From Protoeuglena noctilucae (lineage: Eukaryota), in the NCBI GenBank assembly GCA_958009085.1, contig OY253673.1, positions 744,001 to 808,000 on the forward strand: a DNA stretch of 64,000 bases, given 5' to 3'. A program made the translations under genes and the position numbers. This document shows, one piece after another, positions 50,738-63,288 of this stretch. The notes beneath the pieces were generated by a model. The model worked only from the letters and a program-made list of their open reading frames with translations, was not told the origin of the DNA and searched no databases. Each line of letters starts with the position of its first letter. Within the stretch, counting starts at the first letter, position 1.

Positions 50738-51724
50738 TCACAGGCCTGCGAGCGGGGCGTCGACCGGCCATGAGCGCGAGCGAGGCGACGCGCGGGGCCA
50801 GAGCATTGACGGCGAGCCGCGGCGTGGCCTCACCGGAGCGGCCCCACACCACGAGCGACAGCGAGAAGGAGAACATCACGCACGTCGCGGCCCAGCCGAT
50901 CTGGACGATCGCGGGCTCCCCTTCGGCGAGCATCATGGCCTCCGTCGCCGCCTGGGCGGCGGGGGCGAGGGCGAGCGCGGCGCCGGCCACGGCCGAGGCC
51001 AGGGCCACCTGCGAGCGGGTCGGGGCGGCCGGCGGTCGGCCATACGAGCGCGCGGGAGCGGCAGCAGCCACAAACGGGGGCAAGGAACGCGGGGAGATCC
51101 AAAGTCGGGGCGTCCGCGCGGCGTCGACCGGGCATCGCGCCAAAACTCGAACCCCCCTCCTCTCAGCCGCTCGGGGAGGGCAAGGCAGACGCGTCCGTAC
51201 GGCGCCGCATCCCCCAGCAAGGCCTCGACAAGGAGAGCGGCAGCGGGGCGCAGGAAAGGCCAGATTTCCTCGCGCGGGGTCGCGCTGCGCCTGACCGACG
51301 TCCCCCGGCAAGGAGCGGGGACAGACGCGCGCGAGGAGTCCAGCCTGGCGAGGAGGCATTGGAGCTCGCCAGGGGAGCCCATCGGACCCCCCACGACCGC
51401 AAGCGTCGGGCCGGGACGAGCAATCCAGGGCTGGGGGGGCTCCACCCGCGCGCGGGTGAGGCTCGCCCCCCCGGATGCAATCTTCGACCCCCAACGCAGG
51501 CCGTGGCGCTGTCGGGCCGCGCCCAGGGAGGGGAAGCGGCAGGCACCAGCGGGATGCGTGGGGCGGACGGGCGATGCGCGTTTCCGGGGAGCGCGGACGC
51601 GTAGTGTCACCTTCTCGGGCTTCCGCGCGGAGGCGACGACCGACGCGCGGCGCGCAGCGGGCGTGCGGGCGGCACCCGCGACGCGGAGCCCCTTCGGCAC
51701 GGAAACGACGGAAGAGAGCGCCAT
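50738..51724 (-). CDS. petN: Cytochrome b6f subunit 8 (PetN), nucleus-encoded with transit peptide; 3 exons
   Basis: Mature peptide [32 protein letters not shown]. The last exon (50738-50745) holds only 8 coding nt. Confidence 0.95.
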
Positions 51725-52123
51725 GGCTGCGATCCACCCACGTCGGAACGCTGAAGAGATCTCGGTGGGGGGGCTGGCGCGGTCCTGCGGAAGGCTGGCC
51801 CAGGTGTGTCACTGGCACGCGAGTCCAGCATTTTCAACAAGCCCTCTCCTGCGACGAAACCGGTTGAACTCGAACAACGGCATCACATGAATGCACCACA
51901 CAGCTGGTGCTCGAAGTTGTGCTGCCTTTCCTTGGATTATATAGAAGTGTCTTGATCCCGCTCCTTCGCTCATACAACGATGCCTTCGATCACGTCGAGC
52001 CCGGCAGCGCCGGGGAGATCCCTGAAGGTGCGCCTGGTCGCGCGTTCTGACGCGCGGTGCACTCGCGGGTGGTTGGCCGACTCGCGGCTCCGCGAGGCGG
52101 CGAGCGGCCCATATATTGCAGCT

Positions 52124-55100
52124 ATGAGCAATGTCATCCGGTTCGCGACCGATGGGCGCCCCGCCAAGGCGAAACGGGCCTTCTGCGGCCCCTGCAGGCC
52201 CGTGCGCCCGCAGTGGAGCGGTGCTACGAGGACCTCCAGGCCTTTGCTGCGTCCACGACGCTCGGCGACCTCCTTCGCTCTGCCAGCTATGCGAGCAGCA
52301 AGAGGCGCACGACGCCCGTGGTGGCGGTGCACGGGGAGCAGGCGGTCGCGGACGTGCTGTCGGTTTTCTTGGAGGAACAGGTGGTCGCGGCGCCCGTGTG
52401 GGCCGCGGACACCGAGTACCAGGGCTTCGTGGACATCTTCGATGTCCTGGACGCCTTCATTCGGCTCCTCCGGTGAGCACGGCTGTGGTGGAAGCACGTC
52501 GGCCCATTCAGGACTGCCACACCGCGCCCCCCGTCCCCTCCCGCAGCCCGGAGCTTCTGTCGGCGCAGTACCTGCGGGATCACCGCACGGCCGCGATGCA
52601 CGAGCTGAACGAGGCGGCGCGGGCGTTCCTGGCCCGTCCGATTGAGACCGTCGCGTGGCGCAAGGACGGGCAGCTGTGGTTTGAGGACGACTGCGGCTTC
52701 AGCCTGCGCGAGGTCATCAGCCAGGGATTCATGCTCCCCCAGGAGCCCATGAGGGCCACCCTGGTGAGAGAGCTACGGGCTCATGATCAGGAGCAGCGAC
52801 CGTGCCTGCGGCACTGAGAGACTAGGGACCCCCATGGCACACCAACCCGTCGTGACACCCCCCATCTCACATGTGCCTCTGATAGCCGACCCGACTTACC
52901 TCAACCCTGCCCCACGTCACGCCCGCAGCACCGCATCGGCGTCTTTGCCTTTGACGCGGCCCCGGAGCCCGAAGGTGCCCCCCTAAAGACCCGAGAGCCC
53001 AGGCAGCCTGCCAAGCCATTGGACGTCGCACCTAGCGATGCCGTGGTCGATCAGCCAGTGGCAGAGGAGGGGTCCAAGCAGGCGCGGTGAGTGAGGGACT
53101 GGGAGGGTGCGAGTGTTGCATGTTGTACGTGGGGTGTGCTGCAGCAGCTATGCTTCTTCGACTTTGCTTGCGGAAAGGGGGCTGGCCCTCTGGCGCTTTC
53201 ATCCCTTCCCTTCACCTGTGCCCTCACCCATCTTAACAAGCATGGACACAACCTGCGGGCAGGCGTCCCTCCTCACACCCGCGCCTCTCCCTGCCCTCAG
53301 CGTCGACACCTCCCACGCCCTCCGGTGGAGCATCCGCCACGTGGTTAGCCAGTGGGACTTCGTGTGTTTCCTGCACGAGGCTCACGCAGAGAAACGCCTG
53401 CCCGCCCTCGACGGCATCGCAGGCGAGCACGTGTTGACAGGTGTTGACAGCGGCCCCTGTTGGTAGGCAGGCATGTAAGGTAAGCATGTAAGGCGATTGT
53501 CACTTGTGCCAGCACCCTACTCCCACCCATCTCTCCCCCCTCGTTCTACCCCAACTCCCACCACCTCCCTCTCAGCTTCGCCCCTGTAACCCTCCCACCA
53601 ATCCACTCCCATCTCCCCCCCCAGTGTCCGACCTGCCCCCGTCCACCCCCACTACCGCCCCGTGCGACACCCCAACGCTCCCCGCCCTGCACTCCATCGC
53701 CCGCCTCCGGGTCTCGGGCCTCGCCCTCACCCACCCTGCCTCAGAGTCCACCATTATCGGCCACGTCTCATCGACAGATTTCCGAGGTCTCACTCCCGAG
53801 TGGTTCGCATACCTGACGCTGCCGATCGCAGAGTTTGCGGCTGCGGCTGCGCGCGCGGGCGGGGGGCAGCGGGGGTTCAAGGAGGCCTGGGAGGGGCAGC
53901 GCGGGGTGGCGGCTGGCGAGGGGGAGCGGTGGGAAGAGGTGAGGTGGGGTGGGGTGGGGGAGTGAGTGTAGGGTGCGGTGAGGTGAGGTGGAAGAGGTGG
54001 AGTGAGGTGAGGTGGGGTACGAGAGGGATGGCTGGAGCACTGTGCAGATGTCGCAACCATCACAGTGATTGCACCCGCCGCATGCGCAGTTGCTGTCCCA
54101 CTGCCGCCCCGTGTGCTGCACCCTCGGCGACCCCCTCTCGCTGGTCGTGCGTCACATGGCCACCCTGGGCATCCACCAGGTGTGGGTGGTGGACGACCGC
54201 CAAGCGCTGGTGGGCGTCGTTACGCCCTCGGACATCCTCTCCTGCATGGCCACCTGCGTCGGGACAGAGCACGCCATCCGCGACGAACAGGTGAACGAGC
54301 GATGGAGTAACTGGTTTGATACTTGACAACACTGCTGTTGTACGCCATGCGCCGCCCGTCTCGTGTGTGATGCGGGGCGTGTTTCCCTGCGCTGTGTTAT
54401 CTCGCACAATACCCCTGCTAGGGTGAAACTACACCTAAACCGTCTCGTTCACCCCGCAGGACTTTGATCGGGAGCTGACGCGGCTGCGCGCCGACCAGGG
54501 CAGCACCCGACTGCGCGCCTACAACACGCCCTTCCCGGTCGAACAGGGGAGGGCGCTGGAGGGGCGGATGGCAGAGCTGGCCGGCATGGGTGGGTCGACC
54601 CCTGGGGTAGGCAAGGAAGGGGTTGGGAGCGGGGGAGCAGCTGCGTCCCATGCAAGGGCGGACGTCAGTGCAGCCCCGGGGGCAGCGGGCGAGGCGGTGG
54701 GCGAGGCAGAGAAGGGCGCAGCTGCACCCCCGGCTGGCGATGTGGCGTCTAACGAAGGTGGAGTGGAGGAGGCGGGGAGTGGCGTGCCGCGTCTGTCAGC
54801 GGGGGCGTCTGAGGAAGGCGTGGGCCGGGTGCGGCAGGAAGCGCGAGAGGCGATGGCGAGGGTGCTGGGGGGGCTGACGGTGGAGGAGGCGCTGCGGGAG
54901 TTGCCGGGGCAAGAGGTGTTTGCGGTGGAGGCGTCGAGGCCTTGCGGGGTGGCACTGCAGGACATGGCCAGGGCAGGGCGAGACTCGTGCCCGGTGGTGT
55001 GGCCCGGGGGGAAGTTCAGGTGGGGGCTTGGGGCTGGGGTTGTGGAGGTGCATGAGCATGACAGGTGGGGCTTGTGGGTGTGGAGGTTGCATGAGCATGA

Positions 55101-56729
55101 CATGACTTGACTGGCGATGTGTGTGATGGTAAGTACGTGCGATGGGGTGAGGTGCCTCTCTCATATAGTGCGACTCGCGGCATGCGCAGGGGTTACTTTT
55201 CCGTTCTCGACGTCTTCCGGTCTCTGCTTGATGCCTTGGAGGTCGAGGCGTCGCTGGAGGAGGCGGCCGTGAGGGTCACGGTGCTGCCCGTGGCGTCGCT
55301 GGTGAGACACAGGGTGTTGTGTGTGGGTAGCGATGTGGGTGTGGGTATGGGTAGCAGTGTGGGTGTGGGTAGCAGTGTGGGTGTGGGTGTGGACGTGTGT
55401 TCTGTTTGCACAAGAAGGGCAGTGGGTGTGCACGATGAGGGGGCGGTGTGCGTGGCGAGCATGGTCACCTGATGGTCACCCGCCCGCCCGACCCCACGCA
55501 AACGCTCAACCCACCCGTCGCCATCCCCCTCAGATGCGGGCAGACACGGACGGCGCTCGCTGGGACGACCTGGGTGCCTCGCTGCTGTCCCTGGTCTCAA
55601 GGGGCCTCATGCGGTCGCAGTCGGCGCCCCACTTCCACCGCATCGTCGTGTGCGACGCGGATGGCAGGCCTGTGAGGGTGGTGTGCCAGGTGGGCGGGGT
55701 GGGAGTGGGTCACGTCTGCTTAGAGAGATCCCTCACACTTTGTCTCTTGCACTGCCATCTCTTACAACCCATCTCCCACCCTCCATTCCCCATCGCAGCT
55801 GGACCTCGCCCGCCTCCTCCTTTCTCACCTGCACTCCCTGGGCCATTCGGTCCTCTCCGCCACTCTGTCCCAACTGGGCCTGGTCACCCCGCACGTCTTC
55901 ACCGTCCATGGCAACGAGCCGGCCCTCTCTGCCCTCGCGCGTGTATCCGAGATGGGCCTGACAGGGGCCGCGGTCGTCGATCCAGCCACGGGGCAGGCCG
56001 TCACGCATGTCACGCTGGCCGACCTCAGGGGCTTGACGGCCAAGGACATGCCGGCGCTGCTGAGGCCCATTCTCGAGTTCGTGCTATGCCGGAGGGAGGC
56101 CGGGGCTCGCAGGGCCCATTGGGGTGGATCAAGGGGTGAGCGTGCGACTGGCACGGGGGGGGATATCGATGCAGGCAAGGAGTCGCGAGAGGGGGCGGCG
56201 GCGGCAGAGGCGTTGGGATTGGATGCCGGGATGGGCGTGGAGGTGATGGCTGCGGTCCAGACGGGGCAGGCGGGGCAGGCGAGGGGCACAGGCGGGGGTG
56301 GGAGCGGGAGGGGCGGGGAGGGCGGTACTGGCGGGGCGCATGGGATGCAGAAAGAAGGAGCGAAGGGGTGGGTGCCGGAGGAGTTGGTGGTCTGCCACCG
56401 GGAGACGCGATTTGAGCAGGTGAGGCTGCGGGGGTGTCACGGTGACGGTGTTGGGGGCGGTGGTGGGAGCGTGAGCGAGCTCTGCTCCCGCTAATGCTGC
56501 TTACTGAGTGGTGTTGCTTGGCATGACCCAACGCTTTGCACGCACACTCTGTCCACCCCTCCCATCCTTGTTTCGTTCCCTGACATTCACATTTGCTTCT
56601 CCATCCCCGCAGCTGCTCTCTGTGATGGCGGAGGCGGGGGCTCACCGAGTATTCACATTGGACGCGGGAGGGCGGCCAGACGGGGTCGTGAGCATCACGG
56701 ACGTGCTGCGGGAGGCGTGCTGTGCCTGA
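52124..56729 (+). CDS. CBS-domain protein with two AMPK/SnRK1-gamma-like modules
   Basis: CBS motifs VVAAPVW...YQGFVDIFDVL, HVVSQWDFV, IIGHVSSTDFRGL, IHQVWVVDDRQALVGVVTPSDIL, then again HRIVVCD, VTHVTLADLRGL and HRVFTLDAGGRPDGVVSITDVL. The two halves are joined in frame by intron 54291-54460. Confidence 0.8.
55321..55392. repeat. Intronic minisatellite, unit gggtagcagtgtgggtgt
   Basis: The 18-bp unit is repeated here, and the same unit occurs at 58440-58508. Confidence 0.8.
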
Positions 56730-57218
56730 ACGCGCTGTGGGGGCACGGCGCGAGGTCCGGAGCAGGGGCTGGCTCAAGGTGGTGTTTGGTGTGGCGGATG
56801 GGGTGGTGAGGGTTTGGCTGGAAGTACACACAGTGCCTTTTTAAGCAGACGAGGGGCACTGCAAAACATGCATCTGCACTGTGCATTGGCCGCTCTGTGC
56901 TTTGTCTCCACGCTTTGTGTTTGCATCGCTTTTCATGCCTTGGCGTGCGTTGAATGCCCCACATTTTATCAGCGTGGTTCCTTCAACCATGTTCCGTCAC
57001 CCTCTCCCTGCTACCATGCCTCCTCCCGCCACAGTCCCACCGCGCTCAGCACCCAACGGTGTCCCTACCGCATCGTAGCAGTGGTGGGGCACCCATCACT
57101 CCCTCGTCCCTTAGCTCGCCATCGCCTGGTCGCCTTGTTACACCCATCACTCCCTCGCCCCCTTGCCAATACCGGTCAGTGCCCCTCAGGCCCCGCCAGC
57201 ACCCGTCCACCCCACCCC

Positions 57219-60200
57219 TCACGCCTGCCCACCCTCGCTCCCCCCCACGAACGCGTCCTCTGCCAGGTCAATGGCCCTCGCCAGTGCCGCGGCCTTGTTC
57301 ACCGTCTCCTCCAACTGCGGTCAGAGAGTGCAATAGAGAAGTGTTCAATCTCTGCATCTCTGACCCTCACAGCTCAGCCACCACCACCACCATGCCTGCC
57401 GTCTCGCCCCTCACTTCCGCCTCTACCACTCCCACCCCCACCCCCATTCCCACCCTCCCTCGCCCCTCAAATTCCCGTATCCACCCCGACCCCACCCCAC
57501 CCCACCCCTCGCATCCGCCTTTACCACTCCCACCACTCCCACAACCCCCACCCCCACCCCACCCCACACCTCCCCCCTCACCTCCGCCTCCGGGCTTGAG
57601 TCCGCCACCAGCCCCGCCCCGGCCTGGATCAGGAAGCGCCACTCGCGCCGCGCGTGGCCCCACTCCCCGGGCGGACCGTACTTGTACACCGCATCCTCCT
57701 GGGCCGTGGGCACCATCATGGTACGCAGCGCCAGGCACATGTCGAGCTCGCCCGTGAAGGAGACGTGGCCGATGCCGCCGCCGTAGGGGCCCCGCTTGGC
57801 CACCTCCAATTCGTCGATGATTTGGAGGGCGCGGACCTTGGGGGCGCCCGAGATGGTGCCGGCGGGGAGGGAGGAGCTGCGGGGGTGGGGGTGGAGGGGT
57901 GGTGAGGGTGGTGAGAGGGTGGTGAGGGGGTGAGAGGGTGGCGGTGGGGGTAAGAGTGGAGAGGCGGGTGAGGGGATGGGAGAGTTGTGAGGGGGAAGAG
58001 GGTGGCAGTTGGGGTAAGAGTGGCAAGGCGGGTGGGAGGGTAGCAAGAGGGTGGAGATGTGTCCAGGGGTTGGTCGCGGCGGCTACTGGGCACAGTGGCA
58101 TAGTCATGTCACAAGTGTGCCGGGTCTTTCGTGCCACGGCCCTGGCCCCCGCCCCCCGCCCTCACCGCAGTGCGTCCCAAGAGGTGAGCTCCGGCCTGAG
58201 CTTCCCCGTCACCGTGGAGCTGATGTGCATGACGTGGGAGTACCTTTCCACCTCCATGAGCTTGTCAACCGACACGGTACCCATCTCCGCCACGCGACCC
58301 ACGTCGTTGCGGCCCAGGTCCACCAGCATGATGTGCTCGCATCGCTCCTTCTGGTCCGCCAGGAGCTGAGATTCCAGGGCCAGGTCCTCCTGGGTGTCCA
58401 CGCCACTGAGGGGAGAGGTGGGGTGGGTGTGGGTGCGGGTGGGGGTGGGGGTAGCAGTGTGGGTGTGGGTAGCAGTGTGGGTTTGGGTAGCAGTGTGGGT
58501 GTGGGTGCAGGTGTAACTGTGAGTCTGCGACAGTAAATACGCTTCTCCACCCCCATCGCTTTCCCCCACCACCCCGCCCCGCCCCTCACCGCCTCCGGGT
58601 GCCGGCCAGGGGTCGGTTGGTGACCACGCGGTGGCTGTCGACCCGGCAGAGGATCTCGGGACTAGAGGCCACCATGATGCATCCCCGGCACTGCATGTAG
58701 ACCATGTACGGGCTCGGGTTGACCACGCGGAGGGCGCGGTAGACCTCGAAGGGGTCCGCGTACGTGCGGCGCTCGAACCTGGGGGGAAGATGGGTGGGGT
58801 GGGGGTTTGATGTTGTGTGGCGGCGGTGGGGTGGAGGGTGGTGGAGGAGGGCGGCATATGTTGTGTGCATCCGCTGCTCAGATCGGGGAGGTGGGGTGGG
58901 GGTAGATGCTGCGTGGCGGCGGTGGGCGGGCAGCAGCGTGGCCGTGACAATGAGCATTGTCGGTCAGAGCCATCGCCCAGTGCAGCCAATGCGCTGCAAG
59001 CCACCCAACCCCATTCCACTAAGCGTCACCTCACCCACCCCGCCCCACCATCCCACCGGCCGCGACCTCACCCACCCCATCCCATCCCACCACCCCTCTG
59101 CCACCCTCACCGGTGGGAGACATTGCCACCCACCCAACCCCATTCCACCATCCCACCTGCCCGCATCGTCACCCACCCCCCTGTCACCCTCACCGGTGGG
59201 AGAGCACCAGCTGGAAGACGTCCCCCGACAGGATGTATTCCTTGGTCCTCTCCACGGCCCTCTTGTACTCGTCCCGCCCCATGTCAGACTCTGCCGTTTC
59301 CGACCATGCGCTGCGCTGCGTGGTGGCCAGGTCCACCGTCCCCACGCGCATCTCCGGGGGCGCCTGGGTCAGCCGGGAGACCAGGGAGGCCAGGCGCGCG
59401 GAGCCCTGGCGGTAGGCATCCTCCAGGGACGGCGCGGCGGCTGCGGGGGGGGGTGAGGCGAGCGGGGTTAGGGTGCCATGGCAAGATGTCAGGTCGCAGA
59501 GTCGCAACCACAGGCCCGACCACAGCGTTGATGGAATGTAGTCGACTCAAGTATGCATCCACCCCCCAGGGAGCATAGGAACTCTGACAGACACGTCCCC
59601 CATCCCACGTCACGCATCGTGTGGCCTTGTTGCGCCCTTACCGGTGTCGACCCAGCAGACGACGTAGGCCAGCTTGGTGGCCTGGTCGAACACCACCACG
59701 TCGTTGTACAGGGCCAGGTGCACGTCCGCGAAGCCAGTCGTGTCGGGGGGGGCGCTGCTGAAGGGGATCTTGGAGGAGTAGACGTACCGGACGGTGTCGT
59801 AACCAGTGAAGCCCACCTGCGGGAACAGAGGAGCGCGGGAGACTCGCAGGAGTGGTGGTGACAGCTGCGCCTGCTATGTAGTCAACACAACCGAGGCTGT
59901 GTACCCATCGAATGGGGGTTATACATGTCCCGCTCGCCCCACCACCTCGCTCACTACCCTGTCCTGTCACGCCCCGTCTAGTCCCGCTAAGCGTCCGAGA
60001 ACCTCACCCAGCCCCCCGTGAAGACCTCAGGCAGCCCCTCGACCCGCACGGGCCGCCACTCCCGCGACCGCGCCTCGGGGACCGACAGAGGGTCCGCCTC
60101 TTTGGTGTGCGTCCGGGTGCCCGCCGCGTGGTCCAGCACCGTCACGTCGTTGCCGCGGGCGATCACCTCCACTAAGGGGACGAGGCAGGGGCGATTGGGG

Positions 60201-61031
60201 CATCAGGCATCCAGGTGCGGTGTCGGTCGGGGTGAGGTGAGGTGAGGTGAGGTGCTGCTGTCGGGGAGCAAGCGGGGGCAGGGGACAAGGAGATACAGAA
60301 GACAGTAGCTGAGCGCGACTCACGCACGGGTCTCGCTCCCACGAAGGAGTACCGCCCCGTCTGGGTGCCCCCGACCACGGACTCGAAAAGGAAGGACGGC
60401 GACTCCTTGTCGTCCTCCGCGACCAGACAGCGGTAGGCCTGGATGGGGCTGCAGAACAGACGCAGGCAGATGGAAGGTCGCGAGATGGGTCTGCCACGGG
60501 CGGCCGGGGTCGGGAGGCGCGGGCGCGGCTCCTGCCCTTGCGCTTCACCTCATCTGGTCCGCCATAAGTCGCCGGAAGAGCGGCACCAGGTTACCCTCCT
60601 TCGCGTGCTGCACGAACTTGGCATAATGAGCGTCTGCAGGGGATCCCGCAGCCCCGTTCGCCGTGGAGTGCGGAGCTGCGGCGACGCAGAGATGGTGGAT
60701 GTGCTGCTCAGGTGGCGCACTTGCGTTGGGAGCGCGAGGGACGACCGCCAGGCTGCGACTGCAGTCGGTATACCTATTCGCTCGCCGTCAGCGGGCTCGA
60801 ACGCGAGCCAGCCGCGGCGGACGTGGGGCTGGCCATCGCTAGGCTGCACGGCGGGGCGAGGCGCACAGACGCACCGTGGAGCACATCCTTCTCCGCCGTC
60901 GCTGCGCGCGGTGGCGCATGGACTACGCATCGAGTCAATCCCCCGCCCCCGAAACGCGGGATCGGGCGTCCCTGGTGCCGCGATGGGCCACAAGCGTGCC
61001 GGCTGGGCCCCGGGCGAGCCAGCGCCGACAT
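57219..61031 (-). CDS. ASA1: Anthranilate synthase component I (alpha subunit), chloroplastic
   Basis: [90 protein letters not shown] and [10 protein letters not shown]. Confidence 0.96.
58440..58508. repeat. Intronic minisatellite, unit gggtagcagtgtgggtgt
   Basis: About 3 copies of the same 18-bp unit seen at 55321-55392. Confidence 0.8.
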
Positions 61032-61878
61032 GCCGCCCCCCCGTCGATACGAGCTCGCTCCACAGCTAGTCACGCGGCACCGGGGAACCGGGAGAACGCC
61101 CCGCTTCCTTCGCCTCTGTGCCTGGGACGCCGCGGTGACCCCTGAGCGAGCCCGCTGATAGTTTCGGATGAGCAGATGGACGCGGCAGCGCTCCTAGCCC
61201 AGTCTCGATGAGACGGCGACGCAGCCGAGCCAATCACTCGCTTGTTCCTGCTGCCAGTCCCGTGTCAGGGCATATCCACCTGCCAGCGCCTGTTGGCTCG
61301 CGCCTGCGTCCCCCCGCCGAGCAGAGCAACCCGTCTTTGAGATAACACGCGCATTCCACCCACGGAGATCCGTTCCCGTGGCACGGGTGTGGCGTTTAGG
61401 TCGAGTCCGCGGGAGGCGCGCAGTCAGGGGCGAGCGATAAGGGCCTCACTGCACCCTCGCAAATGGGCCTGCCCGCTCTCGTCCTGGGAGGCGCGCACTC
61501 GGCCCAACCGACGGTAGGCAAGACTCTCAAAGCCAAGGGCGGAATCGGGGAGCTGGGAGCGCGCGAAAAGAGCACCGGAGCCGCGTCGAAGGTCGGTCGT
61601 GTCCCAGATGAGGTCCGGGTGAGCGCGCGCACCCGCGAGGGGGTCAACGGGCCGCCCGCGCGCACCCGGGCACATCTGCGCCGAAAGCGGTGCTGTGCCG
61701 ATTTGACTGCAAGCGATGAACTCGGTCGCGCGCTGGCGCCGCGTCTTGCCCGCCGGCGAGAGGGGTCCGGCGCGCCATGGGAGAGATTCGCGTGCATCTC
61801 CAGTATATTCGCGACCCCTAGTCGAGGAGGTGTCGAATACGCATTTTCGATGCGAGCGCCCGCACGCTGGAGGCCCTG

Positions 61879-62774
61879 GTGGCCGCCACGCAGGAGGGGG
61901 TTGAATGCCATTTCAACCGCGGCGAGACTGCACGGCCGCTCTGGACCTGTCCCCGAGCCGCACGCCCGCAGGCGATGGTGGATAGGCATCTCGACGATCT
62001 CGTCGCGAGCCCGGTGACCCTGCGTGCCACCCCCCGCCACCATGACGAGCGAAGAGCAGCCATGCCCGGCAACCCCGTCCTCGTCGCGGGGGCGTGCGCG
62101 GTGATGGGGACCCTGGTGAGATGCTCCGCCGCACGCGGTCGCGCATCCGGCCCCTCGCGTCGCGGCCTGCGCAGTAGCATGCGCAGATTCTCAGGAGATA
62201 TGGCCCGCCCGCCGCACCGCGAATCGCCGCCGGCCGTCCCCGGCCGGGACATTTGGACTCATCGCGGTCGTTTGCGCTCGCGCGGCGCGCGGGAGGGGCT
62301 CGGACGCGCACCGCCGGCGCGATGCTCATTGGGCGACGCCTCGGCACTTGCGCCGCAGATCCCTGCGGGCGCGGCGCTCGCGGAGGAGGCGGCGACTGCA
62401 TCCGCCGGCAACGCGGCCATCTCCGCGCTGTTCGGGGCGGCCGTGGTCGTCCTTACGGTGCTGACGGGGAGCGTGGGCTACCTCACCTTCGTCAACGTGA
62501 GCCGGCTCCCCGCAGCAACCTGCCTTCCCTCCATGTGGCAGGCATTGCAAGTCAGCCAGGCGCCCTGCCGCCCCGCGCGTTCAACCACCGCTGCCCTTCT
62601 TCCTTGCAGTGGCAGGACAGCCGCGCTGAGAAAGAGGAGCGCCGTCGGTTCGAGCAATCGGAGAAGGACAGGCAGTACCAGCAGCAGATGGCGGCGTACA
62701 AGGGCGACAAGAAGAGGGACAAGGAGAGGAAGAAGGCGACGGGGCGGGGGGGAGGGAGCGGGTTCGGGGCATGA
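61879..62774 (+). CDS. Small single-TM protein, probably thylakoid-located, with charged C-terminus ending GFGA
   Basis: Exons ...AVMGTL-IPAGAALAEEA...LFGAAVVVLTVLTGSVGYLTFVN-WQDSRAEKEERRRFE...GGGSGFGA*, with an AxA-type cleavage motif. The start is uncertain. Confidence 0.55.
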
Positions 62775-63288
62775 GGCCAGAGGGCCGGATGTATTGTCAC
62801 CCCACGCCACCCCACGTTTAGGCCCACACACGTCGTCACGTGTAGGAGCGTCGATCGACGCGGGAACGGAGCAATCGACGCTCCCGTCGCCCCGCCTGGG
62901 AGGTCCCAGGATCGATTCCTTTCTGTTTCGAACATCCGTGTCCGAGCGCGGGCGCCGGAGAGCCGAGGGCCGCCCTGGGCGGCATCGGCCCCCGGCCTGC
63001 GTCGCTGGTAGCAGGCGCGGCGCTGTCCGCCGCCTTCCACTTCCCTTCGCTACCCTCTCTGCATGATGACGCGTCCGGCGCGGGCCGAGCAGGCTCTGCT
63101 GCCGGCCTTTTCCCCCTTTCCCTTGGCCAGTCCTGGCTAAGATGCGCTTTGGCGCCCGTTTGTGCCAGTCACTGCCCTGCTTCGAGCCGCGTCGAGGCCG
63201 ATCTCGACTCGCTCGGCGAGCCTAGGGCCACCCCTATGAACAACAAGAATGGCGGTGTGACAAAACGTGCTTCACCGAGGCATCGCGC

